DNA of 64,000 nt from the NCBI GenBank assembly GCA_964016885.1, contig OZ024760.1, positions 11,222,001-11,286,000 of the forward strand, read 5' to 3'. A model generated the notes under the pieces. That model saw only the letters and a list, made by a program, of their open reading frames with translations. It had not been told where the DNA came from and made no database searches. A program made the translations under genes and the position numbers. Source of the stretch: Eledone cirrhosa (Eukaryota). Position 1 is the first letter of the stretch. Every line of letters begins with the position of its first letter. Below, in pieces: positions 58,212 through 64,000 of the stretch.

Positions 58212-58400
58212 AGGGGCTTTCTCCACAAATGTCCCTCCGAAGTCTCCCCCCTATTGGGGAATTTTTCATTGTTATTTTTTTGTTACATCCTCTGTTTTTT
58301 TGTTTTTTTACACGCAGAAATGCCCATTTGTGCCGTCCTGTATTGTCCTGTACTGTCCTTAATGTCTACTTTATGTAACCCCTTGTGGTTAATAAAGAAA
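58212..58400 (+). mobile_element. Tx1-like LINE 3' UTR
   Basis: Similar to the reverse complement of 11995-12190 (CCTATTGGG.AATTTTT, CTTGTGG..AATAAA). Confidence 0.6.
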
Positions 58401-58460
58401 GCATTATTAATATCATTATATTTATTATTATTGTTTTAATATCATTTCATTATCATTATT

Positions 58461-58790
58461 ATTACGGCCCTTGCCATTCTGAGCTCGAATCCCGCCGTGG
58501 TTAACTTTGCCTTTCATCCTTACACGGGGTCGATAAAATAAAGTACCAGTAATGCACTGGGTAATTGCTGGCCTTGTGCTAAAAGTAGAAACAATTATTA
58601 TTGGTAGTGTCGGTAGAGAGTCCGACGCCAGGCTTTGTAGCATAGAGTTACGGCCCTTGCCATTCTGAGTTCGAATCCCGCCGTGGTTAACTTTGCCTTT
58701 CATCCTTACACGGGGGTCGATAAAATAAAGTACCAGTAATACACTGGGTAATTGCTGGCCTTGTGCCAAATGTAGAAACAATTATTATTG
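58461..58790 (+). mobile_element. Two tandem SINE copies
   Basis: Both share the GCCGTGG and CCTTACACGGGG variants. Confidence 0.85.
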
Positions 58791-58812
58791 TTTTTATTAT
58801 CATATTCATTAT

Positions 58813-59015
58813 TGGCTTTCTCCACAAATGTCCCTCGGAAGTTTCTCCACCCCTCCCCCCCTATTTGGGGAATTTTTCATTGTTATTTTTTTGTTACATC
58901 CTCTGTTTTTTGGGGTTTTTTTTACACGCAGAAATGCCCATTTGTACCGTCCTGTATTGTCCAGTACTGTCCTTAATGTCTACTTTATGTAAATCCTTGT
59001 GGTTAATAAAGAAAT
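58813..59015 (+). mobile_element. Tx1-like LINE 3' UTR, second copy
   Basis: Near-duplicate of 58212-58400. Confidence 0.6.
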
Positions 59016-59299
59016 CATTATCATATTCATTATTATTATCATCATTATTAGTAGTTATCTTATTTCCAGTATTAATGTACTTGATAATGGCTTTCATTTT
59101 TTAGTTGTAAAAGTTTATTAAAACATTTCGAGGAGACGTGGCTTGTTCGCAATTGGCAAAATGAACGTTATGTCATTTACTGGTCTAAGTCGGGATATTT
59201 TGATTAATTAAAACTGGGTAGTTAATGAAGGAAATATATTTGTCTATGTGTGTGTGTATATGTATATATATATGAATATATATATGAATATATATGTAC

Positions 59300-59360
<61 letters not shown>

Positions 59361-59361
59361 G

Positions 59362-59394
<33 letters not shown>

Positions 59395-59513
59395 GTGTAT
59401 ATACATATGTATATATGTATATATACATATGTATATATATATATGTATATACACATGTATATAAATATCATTTGTACTGCCTCTCTCTTTTTTGTTCTCT
59501 GTTCATTTATTAA

Positions 59514-59596
<83 letters not shown>

Positions 59597-59667
59597 ATAT
59601 ATATATATATATGTATGTATATATATATGTGTGTATATGTATGTATATGTATGTGTATATATGCATG

Positions 59668-59698
<31 letters not shown>

Positions 59699-59984
59699 TT
59701 AATGCCTGCAGATATTGCCTCATAGAAATGCCGGAAAGACAAGATTTGGAATCTAAATTAATTAAATTTAAATATTCATAAAACGTGATGCGTTTATTAT
59801 AAATTTTGTCTAATCAAACTGGGACATCGACCGCCACCTACCGGAATTGCTGAATAGCAATAACAGTGCCCCACCCTTCCGCCCCACCCGACCTGCTTCG
59901 CCCGTAACAACGCATCTCTACCCCCACCTCACCTCAACCGCGTTGTTCTCTCTTGGTCTGTTGAGTGATGGTGTGTCTGTGTGT

Positions 59985-60025
<41 letters not shown>

Positions 60026-60169
60026 TGTGCGTGTGGTGGGTGTTTTTTAATGTGTACTTCAATTCATTCATACATCCACCCCTCCAACCAGCATCCACCC
60101 ATAAATCCACACACACACATTTATATATATATATATATAACATTTTTTTTTTTTTTTTTTTTTTTTTTT

Positions 60170-60308
60170 AGTCCAGAATTAACCGTCGAAACGGCTTGAG
60201 CTCAGCCGTCGGGGTCTTACTGGTTCCTATTACCCACGCTACTACCCTAAGTATTGAGTACTTTGGTGCGTTATGGTCCACCTGGTTCCTTACCACATTT
60301 CCTTCGTT
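60170..60308 (+). mobile_element. Family A element truncated at the stem II loop
   Basis: Poly-T, then AGTCCAGAATTAACCGTCGAAACGG.. Confidence 0.78.
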
Positions 60309-60617
60309 ATATATATATATATATATATATAAACGTTTGTATATATATATGTTGTATATATATAAACGTTATATATATGTTGCCTCACCATTCGTGTTTG
60401 TTTACCTGTCTCTCTTTCTCCACCCAACTCTTTTTATCCCAATAACTTATTTTAGTTATTGTTCGCACTAACCTGAGGTATCTGGTCTTTAATGCGAAGA
60501 AATACCTATGATGGCTGGTAGACCACTGATGATGGATAGTCCTGGCTTCTATTTCTAATTCTTCATTTTAATTTGTATATCACATCTGCAACAACACAGC
60601 ACGCCATTTTTTATTCC

Positions 60618-60653
<36 letters not shown>

Positions 60654-61566
60654 GTAGTAACATGTGCTTACCCCGTATTTGACTAAATATAATTAGTCTC
60701 ATAGTTGGGATTTAAAAAAAACCCCTCTGAATAGAAAAAAGAGTATTGAGGTACATGGGGCACGAACCCACATCTTTGGTTTGCCGGTTTGTAAACAAAG
60801 CCTGCTTTGTGTCTCCCTATATATATATATATGTATATATAGGTATGTATTGTGTCAGGTCGCTCTCGAGTCCTACTGGTAACATGTTTCCCAGTACAAC
60901 CTGTCTCATGGTCGGGTCATCGGCGACTAAACCGGCAACCCCACCAAGCCTGCTTAGTGAGGAGGGTGATATTTGGACACCCTGCGGGATGAAATACAAG
61001 GCCCGGCATAGGGCGGAGGAACTTATCAGAGTAAATGGCCATCCAAATAGTTTTTTTTTTTTATTTTTTTTATACGGAGAGGCATAAAAAACTGAGGGAT
61101 ATGTAAGATATGTGTCGGCAGTTCCAAAAAGTGTGGTTGGTCCTACACAAGCCTTCACCACTTAAAACAAAAAAACTTTGTGTGGGTAGTTCAACATCAG
61201 TTCACTCTCTCACATTTCCGCCAGTCTTTTGCAGGCGGAGTCCGTAGGCGAAATAATGAATGAATATTACATAATTTATCTATTAATTTTCGTGGCTGTT
61301 GATTAAATATATTTTGTTTATTTAAAGATTCATTTCTTTAAAATTTCTGAAATGTCAACACTTCCGGTTGGTAAACATACTAATTTTCTGTCACTAATTT
61401 TCTCCTAATGCAGTTTATATATAATATCGTCTTTTTTAATGTATCATGGATTACGTTACTGATTACATAAGACAGTGTAACACAGTCTTCGTTCAATTTC
61501 TGTGTATTATATATTGTCAATTACGATTTTATTTGATGTATATACCTACGTATAATATCAATAATA

Positions 61567-62060
61567 ATAATTGTTTCTACTTTTGGCACAAGGCCAGCAA
61601 TTATCCCAGTGTATTACTGGTACTTTATTTTATCGACCCCGTAAGGATGAAAGGCAAAGTTAACCTCGGCGGGATTTGAACTCAAAATGGCAAGAGCCGT
61701 AACTCTATGCTGCAAAGCATGGCGTCCGACCCTCTACCAATACTGCCATGGTGTCCGACCCTCTACCGATACTGCCAATCCACCGCCCTAACATGGCGTC
61801 CGACCCTCTACCGATACTGCCAAACACCGTGAGGAATAATAATGATTTCTACAATAGGAACAAGGCCACTAGTTTGGGGGGGGGGGAGGGGGAAAGTCGA
61901 TTAAATCGACCCCAGTGCATGACTGGTACTTTATTTTATCGACCCCTTGTAAGGACGAAAGACAAAGTTAACCTCGACGGGATTTGAACTGAGACCGTAA
62001 AGGGCCGTGGCTCTATGCTGCAAAGCATGCTGTCCGACACTCTACCGACACTGCCAATAC
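61567..62060 (-). mobile_element. Two SINE copies, the first with a triplicated head segment
   Basis: CATGGCGTCCGACCCTCTACCGATACTGCCA repeated three times at 61718-61822. Confidence 0.88.
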
Positions 62061-62154
62061 TATTAATAATCAGTTATCTATATAGCTGAAAGATGTGTGA
62101 TAACACACCATCACCCACGCGAAGATCCCCTGATTATACAAGGGAAATACTACG

Positions 62155-62194
<40 letters not shown>

Positions 62195-62705
62195 GTACTA
62201 CTACTACTACTACTAATAATAATAATAATAATAACAATAACAATCTATTTATGTAACTACTTGTTATTCTGGTCCCTAAAGTCAAGGAAAGGGAACGTAC
62301 ATCAGGATATTAAATTCCTATTTACCACAGTGGGAAATTTTGCACATTTTGTTTTTAGATATCACGCGCGAAAAATTGCATAACACGAACAACTCGTGAT
62401 AGGGTTTATTAAGCAAGTTTCCTCTAAACCTTGATGCAAAGGAAAAAAAAAGATGAGCTGACCCCTACTCCCACCCATAAGAAGGCCCCATTCTCACTGC
62501 AGAGAACCGGAATCTAATATCCTGGCAAATTCCCTATACATAGTTTTCGATGAAGAGAAGATATTCTATTTTCTCTAATATCCTTTGTTATTCACACATG
62601 CAACTCTGCACACATTAGATACAGGTTTTGGCACTAAATAATAGAATAGCTTTTTGGTAACTACAGCGTTTGTAGAAAGAAACCCCCTATTTTAAATTGT
62701 TATAT

Positions 62706-62734
<29 letters not shown>

Positions 62735-62736
<2 letters not shown>

Positions 62737-62894
62737 AAATATAAAAAAAATAATGAATAAAACAAAGAAACAGTTCCTTATATTAAACAAAAAAAGTTCA
62801 TTATTTAACGATCGTTTCTAGGACATATATGTGTTAGAATTGGCATGCATATTCAAAAGATCTATGTACAAAATTATACAAACTATCAAGGAGA

Positions 62895-62900
<6 letters not shown>
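62735..62900 (-). mobile_element. Family E fragment
   Basis: Matches 54670-54840. Confidence 0.75.
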
Positions 62901-62964
<64 letters not shown>

Positions 62965-62966
<2 letters not shown>

Positions 62967-63330
62967 CGTTTCTGAGTTTGTTTAGCAAGATTCTTTATCT
63001 AAAAACGTGTGTTGAAACCGATAGTGTTATACTTTGGGAGGGTCATGTTGCCAATAAGAAACACACGCACCAACCAGTTGTTTTCACTTCAATTCAGAAA
63101 CAAGATGGCGTAGGACAGAACAAAGGAGAGGCACAAAAACAAAGAAAAGAATCCCCAGTCACTGAAGAGGTCACAGAATGTGTGACGAAAGAACTTTGAC
63201 AATATATAAACAACCATCTGGTTGTGGAACCAACCAACTAACCGGAAATTTATAAATTCCTAAATTTATAAATTGATTATAATAAATTGAAGTGAAAGCA
63301 ACTGGTGCGTGTGTTTCTTATTGGCAACAT
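62965..63330 (+). mobile_element. Fold-back PLE-like element, family H
   Basis: Inverted repeats 63045-63094 and 63285-63330; flanked by (TA)n. Confidence 0.75.
63158..63200 (+). ncRNA. Minimal hammerhead motif (family H)
   Basis: GTCA-CTGAAGA-G-GTCACA GAATG TGTGAC-GAAA-GAAC-TT-TGAC. Confidence 0.8.
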
Positions 63331-63392
63331 ATATATATATATATATATATATATGAATATATATATATATATATGTGTGTATATATATATGA

Positions 63393-63574
<182 letters not shown>

Positions 63575-63704
63575 ATATATATATATATGTGTATATATAT
63601 ATGAATATATATATATATATATTCTTATATATATGTGTGTGTGTGTATATATATATGTGTGTATATATATGAATATATATACATATATATAAATATATAT
63701 ATAT

Positions 63705-63892
63705 TGGAAAAGAATGAAACGAAATTTCATTTCTCACTCTTAGTACGGCTGATACCTAAATATATGTATGTATACGTACATACATATATGTGTACAGACG
63801 TACAGTAGTATGTATATATATACATACATGCACACATATATATATGTACGTATGCGTTTACCCAACATTTATTATAATGTTTGGTTTGTTTG
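63705..63892 (+). repeat. Dispersed repeat (see 36100-36300)
   Basis: Reverse-complement match over about 190 bp. Confidence 0.75.
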
Positions 63893-63957
63893 TAAACAAA
63901 CAGCCCGAATTACGTCGTACAGTGCTCGGCAACCATCGTCGGTTTATATATATATTC

Positions 63958-64000
<43 letters not shown>

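Noticed and set aside
60522-60556. CTGATGA motif (also at 3208-3214)
   Set aside because: No GAAA, stem III or stem I partner downstream; at most truncated halves

Overview
Eukaryotic, AT-rich, microsatellite-saturated intergenic or intronic DNA with no recognisable host protein-coding gene. Nearly all listed ORFs are translations of (TA)n, (CA)n and (AAC)n repeats. The SINE set, Dong/R4, RTE, Tx1-like LINEs and Penelope-like content suggest an octopus or other cephalopod genome (inference). The window holds about 20 copies of a tRNA-headed SINE, decayed LINE fragments (RTE RT, R4/Dong RLE, Tx1-like zf-RVT) and a degraded Penelope-like (PLE) ORF with a CxCx5Cx5C linker and GIY-YIG endonuclease. 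The main signal is a dense set of short non-coding elements from about 10 sequence families, inserted in (TA)n tracts, often folded back into long palindromes and carrying minimal type I hammerhead ribozyme (HHR) motifs. By eye I count about 14 canonical cores plus variants: a U3-A8 covariant core in two diverged subfamilies, an HHR with a ~115-nt stem II, a CAGAAGA core, and a family whose copies have all lost the CUGANGA half, mostly by inverting at stem II. PLE-associated HHRs are established knowledge; these variants, the fold-back geometry and the density are what merit follow-up. All folds were read manually and none is tested.
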